From a virus (Duplodnaviria > Caudoviricetes), in IMG/VR virus record IMGVR_UViG_3300027286_000002: a DNA stretch of 64,000 nucleotides; one strand, written 5' to 3'. The position numbers and the translations under genes are program-made. Under the pieces are notes generated by a model. The model had not been told where the DNA came from, searched no databases, and worked only from the letters and a program-made list of their open reading frames with translations. Positions 47,753 to 57,013 of this stretch are shown here, in pieces. Numbering within the stretch: the first letter of the stretch is position 1; every line of letters begins with the position of its first letter.

Positions 47753-48327
47753 TCACTATCTCCTATTAACTTCTTTAAATCCCTTCCATTATAATACACA
47801 ATTTCACCTGTCCTTTTTTTTCTTAATACTACTTTTTTGTACTCACCTGTCATTTTTCCTATTCTCTCTATTCCCATATACTCATACTCTTTATATATGC
47901 TTTTCCTTTTCCTTATCCCTTCTTCATTTTCCTCTATAAACTTTCTGTAGTCATCTATTTCTCCTGCTACTGCTATTCGCTTTATACATTCCTTTTCCAT
48001 TACCATCTCTAAATCATAATTCTTTCCCATTAATACCATTAAATACCTGTGTTCACTTATCGTGTACATATATCCTTTTTCTTCTAATACTAATCCTGCT
48101 TTCCCTTTTATATATATTGGCTGTAAATATTCCCAGCTACCTTCTCTTAAATATTTCTTTTCCATTTCCCTTTTATGATTTCCCATTATTTCCTGTGCTT
48201 TTTCCCTGCCTACATACTCACTTATCTCTTCTTCTGTTAATCTTCCACATATTCCATCTGATGCAGGTAAGATCTCTTCTAATCCTATTTGCTTTCTGAT
48301 GCTGTTTATATAATTCAAAATTTCCAT
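47749..48327 (-). CDS. Hypothetical protein (paralogue of 47141-47752)
   Basis: SEYVGREK...KKYL...LQP; ATGA coupled. Confidence 0.55.
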   Translation of the reverse strand: MEILNYINSIRKQIGLEEILPASDGICGRLTEEEISEYVGREKAQEIMGNHKREMEKKYLREGSWEYLQPIYIKGKAGLVLEEKGYMYTISEHRYLMVLMGKNYDLEMVMEKECIKRIAVAGEIDDYRKFIEENEEGIRKRKSIYKEYEYMGIERIGKMTGEYKKVVLRKKRTGEIVYYNGRDLKKLIGDSE

Positions 48328-48331
48328 TTTC

Positions 48332-48859
48332 TTAAATCGTCTTCACAAGACCATTCTCTAAAATCTCTACTACATAATCATCTGTGCATACTCTAACCCA
48401 TTTGCTACACTCTAATCCTAATTTACTCTTCATCAAATCCTTTACTCGATTTACTATTCCTTTTGGTGTAAATCCTAAATCCATTCTGCCACTTTCTAAT
48501 TTACCATTAATGTAAATTTTGCCTGTGTTCTTATCTCTTAATAATCCGTGTAATTCTAAGTACTCAATATGATCTTCTGCAATCTTATCTTTGTTTTCAC
48601 CTAGTGAACTTTGCATTAAAGAAACTCGTAATCCTTTTCTGCCAAATGATTCACCAAAGATCGCATCATTCACATCTGTTGAACTTGCTTTAATCCCTTC
48701 CTTGTTTACCAACTTCACTGCTACATCTAAAGATACTTTTTCTAAAAAGGTATCTAGTCTTTTCAAGTCTGCTACACAATCACTCTTATAGTCATTGTCT
48801 AATCTTACTACCAAAACTTCGTTTGCATTCTTCTTGCTTGTTAATCTTGCTACGATCAT
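48332..48859 (-). CDS. Hypothetical protein, family of 49548-50072
   Basis: DYK...DL, G..GR.GL..SL, TG.(I/L)Y..G shared. Confidence 0.6.
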   Translation of the reverse strand: MIVARLTSKKNANEVLVVRLDNDYKSDCVADLKRLDTFLEKVSLDVAVKLVNKEGIKASSTDVNDAIFGESFGRKGLRVSLMQSSLGENKDKIAEDHIEYLELHGLLRDKNTGKIYINGKLESGRMDLGFTPKGIVNRVKDLMKSKLGLECSKWVRVCTDDYVVEILENGLVKTI

Positions 48860-48903
48860 TTTTTTACTCCTAAAAAGGTTTTTGTCTTTATTGACACTAT
48901 ATA

Positions 48904-48933
48904 AACACTCACCATTCAGATTAATTGCAAGTT
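48904..48933 (-). promoter_or_regulatory. Putative early promoter
   Basis: AACTTGCAA-N14-GAGTGTT. Confidence 0.7.
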
Positions 48934-49099
48934 CACTTAAAAAATCTCATCTCATTTTTTAAAATAAATTATAGTTTCATTTTCAGTTCTATTTTTTCCC
49001 ATACCAAAAAATACTGCAAATCACTTTTTAGCTTTCCTAAATAGATTTTACCTTTTTATTTCTCATCTCTTTTTTGACCTTAACCTTATATAGACATAT

Positions 49100-49175
49100 A
49101 GACAGGCATATACACATTAAGACAGATATGGATAAATAAAGACAGGTATGGATTAAAACAGGTATGGATAAAATA
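49100..49175. repeat. Short imperfect direct repeats (ACAGGTATGGATAAA-like) in a non-coding gap
   Basis: gacagatatggataaataaa / gacaggtatggattaaa / acaggtatggataaaataa. Confidence 0.65.
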
Positions 49176-49192
49176 ATACAACATGGTTTGCC

Positions 49193-49291
49193 AAACCATA
49201 GTTTCATTTTCAGGATGCCATTTTCAATACACTTTCAATATGGCTAATTTGGTCAAGTACCTTTAAAGGCAATGTTTTAATGAGCATTTCT
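49193..49291. repeat. Dispersed ~99-bp non-coding element, copy B
   Basis: Gapless colinear match to 34462-34560. Confidence 0.75.
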
Positions 49292-49310
49292 ATAATAGAG
49301 AAATCTAAAC

Positions 49311-49532
49311 CTATGATTGATCTAGGTATGTATTGATAAATTGTATAAGGTATGCTTTTTGTTTATGGTTAGTATTAGGCAGGGAATTAAGAAAGTCAGT
49401 GAAAGCCATTTGGTTAGAGATAACATTCTTAATGCTAGTATTTAAAGCTATTAAATCAGGATCATGCTTAAAGGTAAAAAAACTAGAGCATTGTTTATTA
49501 GTATATGTCATACCAGCAAGATAAATAAGCAT
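49311..49532 (-). CDS. Hypothetical protein
   Basis: 73-aa ORF following 49548-50072. Confidence 0.45.
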   Translation of the reverse strand: MLIYLAGMTYTNKQCSSFFTFKHDPDLIALNTSIKNVISNQMAFTDFLNSLPNTNHKQKAYLIQFINTYLDQS

Positions 49533-49547
49533 ATGGGAAAAGAACCT

Positions 49548-50072
49548 TTAGATGATTTGGTAGGTGTCAAGATTTTCAAGTTTATAGGTTCTGATTTTAT
49601 CTTTTTCAAATTTTGCAATTTTAGAAATCATATTCTTTAATTGCACAACAATGGTAGAGTTCACAGGTTTTTTGATTTCAGGATTAGGATCTTTTTCTAA
49701 AACGATTTCTTCAAGGATTAAACCTGTGCAGTAGAGATCACCTGTCTTGGTAGAAATCTTAACACCTGCAATGGTAGGATGATCATTATAAACTTGAGTT
49801 TTAGTAGGATCATCAGTTAAAGAATTTTGAAGAGAAGTAATAAGACCTGTTCTGCCATGCTTTACACCTGTTAAAGTATCTTCGCAATCTTGCATATTGC
49901 AGGTAATGCCATGTTCTACTGCAAGTTGGAAAACTTGATCAGGTGTAAATGCTTGTGCTTTTGCAAGATCATTTAGGATAATGGTTTTGTAGTCAAATGC
50001 AAATTGAAGTTTAACTTGAACTTTATCTTTGCAAGTGCCTGTCTTTGTAGTAATGAATAATGCTGTATCCAT
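49548..50072 (-). CDS. Hypothetical protein, family of 48332-48859 and 61724-62179
   Basis: Promoter motif; AAAGGA SD; shared motifs. Confidence 0.6.
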   Translation of the reverse strand: MDTALFITTKTGTCKDKVQVKLQFAFDYKTIILNDLAKAQAFTPDQVFQLAVEHGITCNMQDCEDTLTGVKHGRTGLITSLQNSLTDDPTKTQVYNDHPTIAGVKISTKTGDLYCTGLILEEIVLEKDPNPEIKKPVNSTIVVQLKNMISKIAKFEKDKIRTYKLENLDTYQII

Positions 50073-50115
50073 TTTAGAAGTCCTTTGTTTAGGTAGTCAT
50101 TATTGACAATATAAA

Positions 50116-50146
50116 AACACTAAGTAGCATAAGCATATTGCAAGTT
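50116..50146 (-). promoter_or_regulatory. Putative early promoter
   Basis: AACTTGCAA-N15-TAGTGTT. Confidence 0.7.
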
Positions 50147-50163
50147 AAAATAAAATTTATAAT

Positions 50164-50250
50164 GAAGATGCTTAATGCCTGTGTAGAAGATGGTTAGAAT
50201 GCCTGTGTAGAAGATGTTTAATGCCTATGCTGTATATAAATAAATGCCTT
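50164..50250. repeat. Tandem direct repeats AATGCCTGTGTAGAAGATG
   Basis: Two full copies plus AATGCCT partial copies in the intergenic gap. Confidence 0.7.
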
Positions 50251-50266
50251 ATCCCTGCCTTAAATC

Positions 50267-51814
50267 CTATTCATTTAAATCTTTAATCTTTAAACCATTT
50301 GAGATATATGGTCTAAATTCTAAATTCTTAATCATTTTATCAAATTGTTTTTGAAATGCTTTCGCAATATCGTTCGGATCAATTTGATCTTCAAGGTTGA
50401 GTTCTGCATTTTTATCAAAACTTTGATTATTGCCTGCACTACTTTCATTTGAACTTTCAGATTGATCATCATCTGTGATTTGATCATCATCATCACCATC
50501 ATCAATTTGATCATCATCAATTTGATCATCATCAATTTGATCATTACCATCAGTTTGATCATCACCATCAGTTTGATCATCATCAGATTGATCATCATCA
50601 GATTGATCATTACCATCAGATTGATCTTCCTTGCTGTCATCATCATCAGAAGGATTTTGATCATCACCATCAGTAGTTTGATCTTCTTTATCAGATTGGT
50701 CTTGATCATCCTTATCTTGATCATCCTTATCTTGATCATCCTTATCTTGATCATCCTTATCAGATTGATCATCATCATTCTTATCGGATTGGTCTTGATC
50801 ATCATCATTATCATCATCACCACCTTGACCACCATCACAATCATCATCCTGATCATCATTAGGTTGGTCTTGATCATCATTAGGATCATTAGGTTGTGGA
50901 TTTTTCTGTTGTGGTGGTTGTGGTTGTTGATCTTCTTTAGGTAACTGCAATGCCATAAGGATTTCCATTGCAATGGTTAAAGGTAAATGAACAGTTTTTT
51001 CAATTTCCTTTTCCATATCTGTTTTCTTTTTGAAAGTAGTATATTCATCAATACTTACTTGTAATTGTTGCCAAAGATGTTTAACAGATAATGCTACTTG
51101 CCAAAGTTTAGGATAAAGAGTTGCATACTCTTTAAAAACTCTTTGTTGAGATTTTGATTTGTGGTCTTTACCTAAATCTCTAATCATAAGAGAAATGCAA
51201 TTAGAAGGATTTTTTGCCATTTCACCAGATGTTCTTGCTTTACTTTCTAAGTCATTCCAAATCCATTCTTGAATAGAATGAAATCTAACTTCACTTTCAG
51301 GATAAAGTTTAGACATCATTTTTTCTAAACGAATATCTGCACAGACATTAGACCATCTGCCTAGAACTTTTAAAAGATTGAATTTCTTATCCACAAATTC
51401 TTTAAACACAGGAATGATTTTTTGTTGAGTAGTAGAAGATAAATCACTACCTGCCATATCACAAAGGATATGTCCAACTTCATGACTGCCACCACCTAAA
51501 CCTATTGCACGATCAATAGAAACTAATTTACTTGCTTCAACACTAGGTAAAATCAATTTCACTTTACTAGAGTATTGCATTCTCATAGATGCTACATATT
51601 CAGATACAACCTTATTAAGATCAGTAGTATCTTTACTGAAATTTACTCTTGAACCAATATGTGCAATGGATAACACAGGGAAAAATGCACCTACTGCAAA
51701 AGTAGTACCTGAACGAACGATTTCAACACCCTTTGAATCACACAATGCTTGGAATGCACCACGACCCATTTCAAGAGTATCTGCCTTATATAAAGAATTT
51801 TGACTAGCAACCAT
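50267..51814 (-). CDS. CobT-like N-terminal half (HExxH domain + Asp-rich linker) lacking a vWA domain
   Basis: SHEVGH, NVCADIRLE, very long D/Q-rich tract, ends FRPY... Confidence 0.6.
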   Translation of the reverse strand: MVASQNSLYKADTLEMGRGAFQALCDSKGVEIVRSGTTFAVGAFFPVLSIAHIGSRVNFSKDTTDLNKVVSEYVASMRMQYSSKVKLILPSVEASKLVSIDRAIGLGGGSHEVGHILCDMAGSDLSSTTQQKIIPVFKEFVDKKFNLLKVLGRWSNVCADIRLEKMMSKLYPESEVRFHSIQEWIWNDLESKARTSGEMAKNPSNCISLMIRDLGKDHKSKSQQRVFKEYATLYPKLWQVALSVKHLWQQLQVSIDEYTTFKKKTDMEKEIEKTVHLPLTIAMEILMALQLPKEDQQPQPPQQKNPQPNDPNDDQDQPNDDQDDDCDGGQGGDDDNDDDQDQSDKNDDDQSDKDDQDKDDQDKDDQDKDDQDQSDKEDQTTDGDDQNPSDDDDSKEDQSDGNDQSDDDQSDDDQTDGDDQTDGNDQIDDDQIDDDQIDDGDDDDQITDDDQSESSNESSAGNNQSFDKNAELNLEDQIDPNDIAKAFQKQFDKMIKNLEFRPYISNGLKIKDLNE

Positions 51815-51862
51815 TTGGCTACACCTTTCAAAAAAAGAGATTGACGATATGTCATAAGCATA

Positions 51863-51892
51863 AACACTTTGGACTAAGATTTATTGCAAGTT
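51863..51892 (-). promoter_or_regulatory. Putative early promoter
   Basis: AACTTGCAA-N14-AAGTGTT. Confidence 0.75.
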
Positions 51893-52021
51893 CACTTATA
51901 ATTAATTTTTTTTATTTTTTTCTGCATTTCTCTAGAGAAAAGCAGAAAATTTAGAAAATTTTTAGCCAGCGAAAAAAAGTATTAAAAAAGTTATTAGGAA
52001 AGTTATTAAAAAATATAAGTG

Positions 52022-52051
52022 AACTTGCAATAAAAGAAAAGCTCAAGTGTT
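52022..52051 (+). promoter_or_regulatory. Putative early promoter
   Basis: AACTTGCAA-N14-AAGTGTT. Confidence 0.75.
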
Positions 52052-52097
52052 TCTGACTACACAAACAAACCAAACCTAAAAAAAGGATGTAATCCAA

Positions 52098-52895
52098 ATG
52101 GATATTACAGCACAAATTCGCAATACAGTTCGCACAGCATTACCTGCATTTTTAGATGCAAATGCACCTATCAGAAACATTGAAGCAAAAGCAGGTCTTT
52201 TAAAGCAACTTGGTTTTACAAGTGATCAATTTGGTTTCACTGACTCAGGTGTTAGCAAGATTGAAATTCTCATCGGTAATGAATTTTTCAGATTAAAGAA
52301 GATGGGTCAAGTTGAACAAGATGGTTGGATTTGGAAAGTATGTAAAGATCAATCTGTTCAACCTGTCATTGAAGAAGTAGAACCTGTGATTGAAACTCAA
52401 CCTGTGATTGAAACAATGGTAGTAGACATACAAGAAGAAACACAACCATCAAATGATGAGTTAGTAAATCCTGCATTAAGCAATCCTTTATTGAGATGTG
52501 ATGGATTTAGAAACTCATTGATAGAAAGTATGCAGTGTTATGGCAACTATGACAAAAAAGAATGTAATGGTTGTTTACTAGCATTTTGGTGTAATTCATT
52601 TACCAATTTCAGAAAAGAAGAAAAGAAAGCAGATAGACAGGCAAAAAAACAAGCAAAGAGTGCAAAAGAAGCATTACTAGAAAAGTATGCAGATAAAAGT
52701 GTTTCTTTGACAAACCTATTAAACTTGATAGGCAATGCAGTAGAAGTAACAAATACAAGTGGTGGTCAAACCTATTGTATGTTTAACACCACAATAGAAA
52801 TTGCAAAAGATGCACCTTGTTTTTTTGTTAAGAACTTTGGTCTTATTTCAGTAGAAATCTACAATGAGATGAAACAAGTAGTAGTACAAAAATAA
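52098..52895 (+). CDS. Putative winged-helix + acidic linker + Cys-cluster protein
   Basis: QCYGNYDKKECNGCLLAFWC; architecture like 46470-47075. Confidence 0.5.
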   Translation: MDITAQIRNTVRTALPAFLDANAPIRNIEAKAGLLKQLGFTSDQFGFTDSGVSKIEILIGNEFFRLKKMGQVEQDGWIWKVCKDQSVQPVIEEVEPVIETQPVIETMVVDIQEETQPSNDELVNPALSNPLLRCDGFRNSLIESMQCYGNYDKKECNGCLLAFWCNSFTNFRKEEKKADRQAKKQAKSAKEALLEKYADKSVSLTNLLNLIGNAVEVTNTSGGQTYCMFNTTIEIAKDAPCFFVKNFGLISVEIYNEMKQVVVQK

Positions 52896-52900
52896 ATACC

Positions 52901-52930
52901 AACTTGCAATAAACCTAAATCCTAAGTGTT
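52901..52930 (+). promoter_or_regulatory. Putative early promoter
   Basis: AACTTGCAA-N14-AAGTGTT. Confidence 0.75.
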
Positions 52931-52972
52931 ATAGCTTATAACCAATCCAATCCTAACAAAAGGAAAATCCAA

Positions 52973-53998
52973 ATGGCAGTAGTAAGAACTCCAATTTTAA
53001 ATCTCAATAATGGTTTCACCAAGTCTTTCTCAGGCATCAATGCAAAGGTCAATCCTTTAACAGATGCAGATTTAAAGAAAGCAAATTGTTTTGCACCATC
53101 TGTTAAGCATTATGTACCTACAACAGATAGATGGGTTCAACTTGCAGTCATGACAGCATTGAAATCCAAAAAACATTTATATGTACACGGTAAAGCAGGT
53201 TCAGGTAAAGATGCACTTTTCCAACAAGTAGCAAATCAATACAGAATTCCATTCATCAATCTTTCTTTTAAAGAAGGTGTAGATGTGAATGAATGGATTA
53301 TCAGAAGAGAAATCAAGGCAGAACAAGGTGGTTTTTCTACCAAGATTGAAGAAGGTGTATTACTCAAGGCAATAAAAGGTTTTGAATGTGAAGATGGCAG
53401 TAGAATACCATATATGATTTTGATTTCAGATATGGATAGAGCATTACCATCACAACTTGAAGTATTAAGACAAGCATTGCAAGAAGGTACATCTGCATAC
53501 TTGATCAATCCTATTGATGGTGAACCTATCAATGTATTAGAAGGTACATTGTTTGCATTAACAGGCAATAGTGCATTAGATGGTGATTTAAGAGGCAATA
53601 TGGTTAGCAATAGACTAGATGCAAGTATCTTGAATAGACTTGTCTGTGTTCGTGCAAACAATCCAACTGATGAATTTTATATCAAGATACTTGCAAATGA
53701 GTTTCCTACCTTGACAAAAGATCAATGTCAATTGTTAATCACTTGCATGAATGCAACCAGCAAAATGGCAGAAGATTTAGCATTACCTATTGAGATCAGT
53801 ATCAGAACTACTAAGGCATGGGCAAGACTTGCAATAGATGCACTAGAATGTGGACTAGCAAAGAACTTTAAACAAGCAATCCAATTTGGATTTGATGGTG
53901 TTATAGATGGTTTCTTTAGTAATCCTGTGCAAGCAGAATCAATTAGAGGTGCAATTGATAATTTAGTAGGTGGCAGTGCAGAAGCAATTTTATATTAA
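52973..53998 (+). CDS. MoxR/CobS-type AAA+ ATPase
   Basis: Walker A GKAGSGKD, degenerate Walker B ILISDMDRA, TGN...G...LDASILNRL. Confidence 0.8.
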   Translation: MAVVRTPILNLNNGFTKSFSGINAKVNPLTDADLKKANCFAPSVKHYVPTTDRWVQLAVMTALKSKKHLYVHGKAGSGKDALFQQVANQYRIPFINLSFKEGVDVNEWIIRREIKAEQGGFSTKIEEGVLLKAIKGFECEDGSRIPYMILISDMDRALPSQLEVLRQALQEGTSAYLINPIDGEPINVLEGTLFALTGNSALDGDLRGNMVSNRLDASILNRLVCVRANNPTDEFYIKILANEFPTLTKDQCQLLITCMNATSKMAEDLALPIEISIRTTKAWARLAIDALECGLAKNFKQAIQFGFDGVIDGFFSNPVQAESIRGAIDNLVGGSAEAILY

Positions 53999-54005
53999 TC
54001 GGATC

Positions 54006-54035
54006 TACTTGCAATAAATTTAAATTCTAAGTGTT
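54006..54035 (+). promoter_or_regulatory. Putative early promoter
   Basis: TACTTGCAA-N14-AAGTGTT. Confidence 0.75.
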
Positions 54036-54069
54036 TAGCTAATATCTCTAATCCAAAGGATAAAAACTC

Positions 54070-54906
54070 ATGTATCTAAATCATTTTAAAAATGTTCAAG
54101 AAGAATTAAGAAAATATGCAGTCGTTAAGACAAACGAACTTCGCAGGATTTTACTTGATGACCAAAATAAGAAATCATTTACAAAGAATGGTTTAAGTTT
54201 AAATGGTCGTGGCATTGTCAATACAGCAATTGCAATTGCAAATGGCAGGGAAAATTTAGATAGGTATAAGACCTTCCAGCAAAAGCAAACTACTCTTGCA
54301 GGATTTTCATTTGCATTTGATTTCTCAGGCAGTATGGCAAATGGTGGCATCACAGGCAGTTGTTCTTTTTTACCTAGATACCATGCACTTGTTTTAGCAA
54401 TGGAAAGTTTATTAAATGTCATTACTCCATTTGGCATAAAATCTTATATTGGTGGTGTCTTATTTGAACATAGTAGAAGAGATCAACACCAATTCCAAAC
54501 AAGTACTGATAACTTGCAAATCTCTTTAAAGGTTATTAAAAAAGATACTGAAAGATTTGATATCAATCGTGCATTTACAGGTACTCAACCTAAATCAAGT
54601 ACATACCTTTGTGCATATGCACAAGGTGCAATTGAAATGGCAAAAAGAATAAAAGGTGTAGATAAGCGAATAGCAATCTATATGACAGATGGTGAAGATT
54701 GGACTTCTTTACCTTATCTCAAATCAATTCAAGAACAAGCAAAATCTGAAGGCATTGATTTGATCTGTGCAGTTTTAGACCTTGATTTAGATCAAAGAAT
54801 GATTTCAGAATTGAAAGCAAAAGAAATAAATTTAGCAGTGTTTAAAACACCTCAAGAATTTATATCATCATTAACAGAAGTATTAAAAAACATCTACATA
54901 GGATAA
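54070..54906 (+). CDS. vWA (MIDAS) domain protein, CobT-like C-terminal half
   Basis: FDFSGSM (DxSxS), conserved T, MTDGE. Confidence 0.75.
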   Translation: MYLNHFKNVQEELRKYAVVKTNELRRILLDDQNKKSFTKNGLSLNGRGIVNTAIAIANGRENLDRYKTFQQKQTTLAGFSFAFDFSGSMANGGITGSCSFLPRYHALVLAMESLLNVITPFGIKSYIGGVLFEHSRRDQHQFQTSTDNLQISLKVIKKDTERFDINRAFTGTQPKSSTYLCAYAQGAIEMAKRIKGVDKRIAIYMTDGEDWTSLPYLKSIQEQAKSEGIDLICAVLDLDLDQRMISELKAKEINLAVFKTPQEFISSLTEVLKNIYIG

Positions 54907-54908
54907 AA

Positions 54909-55760
54909 ATGACTTCCTTCTCATTCAAAACTTTATTGAAAGTTGTTAGCAAAGAAGAACTACAGGCTATTGCTACTTCTTCTTTGAATATCGATGATCT
55001 ATGCACAAAACTTAATCTCAATAAAATGCAGATTAGATACCTTTACTCTAAAGCAGGCATTGAACTGTCTTTATTTAAATCCAAAAAACTTATTCCTAAT
55101 CCAGCACAGATATTCTCTAAAGAAGATCTCATTGTGCATATAGGCAAACCTTTACAGGTTGTCTGTAAAGAACTTAATCTGAAACCTAAAAAAGTTATTA
55201 AACTCTTTACTGAAAACAATTTACCTGTTCCTGTTCGTTCTAATAACTTTGCATCTAAATGTCCTGTTAGTAAACAAGACCTAGAACATGATTATATCAC
55301 TTTAAAGAAGTCTTTAAGTTTTATAGGTGAAAAATATGATGTCAGTAAACAGCAAGTTTCTAATTGGCTGTATTTCTATCAAATACCTGTAAGGTCAAGA
55401 GGCACTATACCTGAAATTCCTAGAAAGACTAGAAAACATCCCATGTGGTCTTGGACAGATGAAGAGTTCTTAAATAAAGTTAAGAGTTCTATCAGTTCGC
55501 AGGACTTCTGTAAAAAAGAAAATATCTCTTATGCACTCTTTAATAATTTCATTAAAGAAAGAGGTCTTAAACCACCTTTCCCAAAGCAAAAATTTCTTTT
55601 TACCAAAGAATATATAATAGATCTGTATCTGGTCAAGAGCATGACTATTAAAGAAATAGCAGAACAGGAAGGCTGTCATTGGCAAACCATTAATAGATGT
55701 TTAAAAGCATTTGGTCTTACAGGCAGTAAACCTAAAAGAAAAAGAAAGAACTTGCAATAA
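54909..55760 (+). CDS. Tandem multi-HTH protein
   Basis: Repeats such as DYITLKKSLSFIGEKYDVSKQQVSNWLYFYQI. Confidence 0.6.
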   Translation: MTSFSFKTLLKVVSKEELQAIATSSLNIDDLCTKLNLNKMQIRYLYSKAGIELSLFKSKKLIPNPAQIFSKEDLIVHIGKPLQVVCKELNLKPKKVIKLFTENNLPVPVRSNNFASKCPVSKQDLEHDYITLKKSLSFIGEKYDVSKQQVSNWLYFYQIPVRSRGTIPEIPRKTRKHPMWSWTDEEFLNKVKSSISSQDFCKKENISYALFNNFIKERGLKPPFPKQKFLFTKEYIIDLYLVKSMTIKEIAEQEGCHWQTINRCLKAFGLTGSKPKRKRKNLQ

Positions 55761-55779
55761 ATTTATATGGTTTAGTGTT
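55749..55779 (+). promoter_or_regulatory. Putative early promoter
   Basis: AACTTGCAA-N15-TAGTGTT. Confidence 0.7.
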
Positions 55780-55805
55780 TTAGATAGTGAAAGGAAAGAT
55801 GAAAA

Positions 55806-56150
55806 ATGAAAAATATTCTCACTATCAAAGATTATACCTGCACTAGAACAGTTAGTGCAAATGGCAATGCAACCTACCTTTGTACCTGTCCTGCATGGGA
55901 TATGGCAATGAAAAGAGGTGTACCTTGTAAGCATATCTTATCAATCTTGTTTACAGGTTGTGATGTAACAAAATGGGAAACCATTCGTACAGCATTCGCA
56001 AAACAATTTAATATGTTACCTAGTAAAGCAGAAGTCATTTTAGGTAAAGGATTGAGATATAATGAACCTTCTGTTATTGAATGGTATGCAGATTATCAAA
56101 AATCACAAATCAAAAACATACCTAAAGAATTTGTTATTGGCGACATTTAG
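55806..56150 (+). CDS. SWIM zinc-finger protein
   Basis: YLCTCPAW...PCKHI (CxC...CxH). Confidence 0.7.
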   Translation: MKNILTIKDYTCTRTVSANGNATYLCTCPAWDMAMKRGVPCKHILSILFTGCDVTKWETIRTAFAKQFNMLPSKAEVILGKGLRYNEPSVIEWYADYQKSQIKNIPKEFVIGDI

Positions 56151-56976
56151 ATAAAATATATAAATAAGCAACTCTTTGAATACTGCTTCTTCGTAGACTA
56201 GCTACTCTACCTGTTGTATAATTACAGACACCTACATCTAAAATATGCTTTCCATCAGGATAAGCAGTAATAACTTTTAAAGTATTAAACCTGCTCAAAT
56301 ATGGTTTTTTCTTTTTTTCTTGCTCTAATGTTTTAATATCATCTTCTTCTTGTTTCTTCTTATCTTCTTTTTCTTTTTCTGTTAATGGTTTCTTATCGTC
56401 TTCATCAAAATGTTCTTTCGACACTTCTACATTAGATTGGTTTTCTGCTAAAAACACATACCAATAACCACTAATTTTCATTTCAAAAGGTTCTGTGCCT
56501 GCAGGATAATTTTTACCACTTGCTTTAGCCATACCTGTTGGATACCAAGTATCACCACTTCTCTTGAATCCCTTTTTATAGTTATTTTCCATATACCTTT
56601 CATAATTATTTAAAAATTTCCTAACAGCAGATTGAACAAAACTTAATGGCATTCCTCTGTAATCTAACATCATTTGACAATGTGGTTCAATAAAGATTTG
56701 TTTAAAAAATCTTTTTTCATTAAGATCTAAGGTACACACTTTTCGTGGATAGATATGCCACTCCCAACCTTTATCAGTATTTATCTTTGGTAAATTTGCT
56801 AAAGCATCTTCAAGTTTGTTATTCTGATTTGCCATCTCATCTTGAAATTCTTTAAACTTAGCTTGATTGAAGTCCAAAACTCTCTTATGTGTTAAACACC
56901 AGCCTGCTCCTCTGCCTACACTACCATAAGGTGGATTTAAATCCTTCAGTCTAAATGCTCTTTTTCTTAATCTCAT
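56134..56976 (-). CDS. Hypothetical protein with basic termini
   Basis: MRLRKRAFRLK... and ...SIQRVAYLY; AGGAG SD. Confidence 0.6.
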   Translation of the reverse strand: MRLRKRAFRLKDLNPPYGSVGRGAGWCLTHKRVLDFNQAKFKEFQDEMANQNNKLEDALANLPKINTDKGWEWHIYPRKVCTLDLNEKRFFKQIFIEPHCQMMLDYRGMPLSFVQSAVRKFLNNYERYMENNYKKGFKRSGDTWYPTGMAKASGKNYPAGTEPFEMKISGYWYVFLAENQSNVEVSKEHFDEDDKKPLTEKEKEDKKKQEEDDIKTLEQEKKKKPYLSRFNTLKVITAYPDGKHILDVGVCNYTTGRVASLRRSSIQRVAYLYILSKCRQ

Positions 56977-57013
56977 TTTCTTATACTCCTGTAATCCTTT
57001 AATCAGATGTTTC

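Noticed and set aside
50332-50973. ORFs 50332-50973 (-) and 50462-50944 (+), poly-M/I/K and poly-I
   Set aside because: Shadow frames of the GAT-rich acidic linker of 50267-51814
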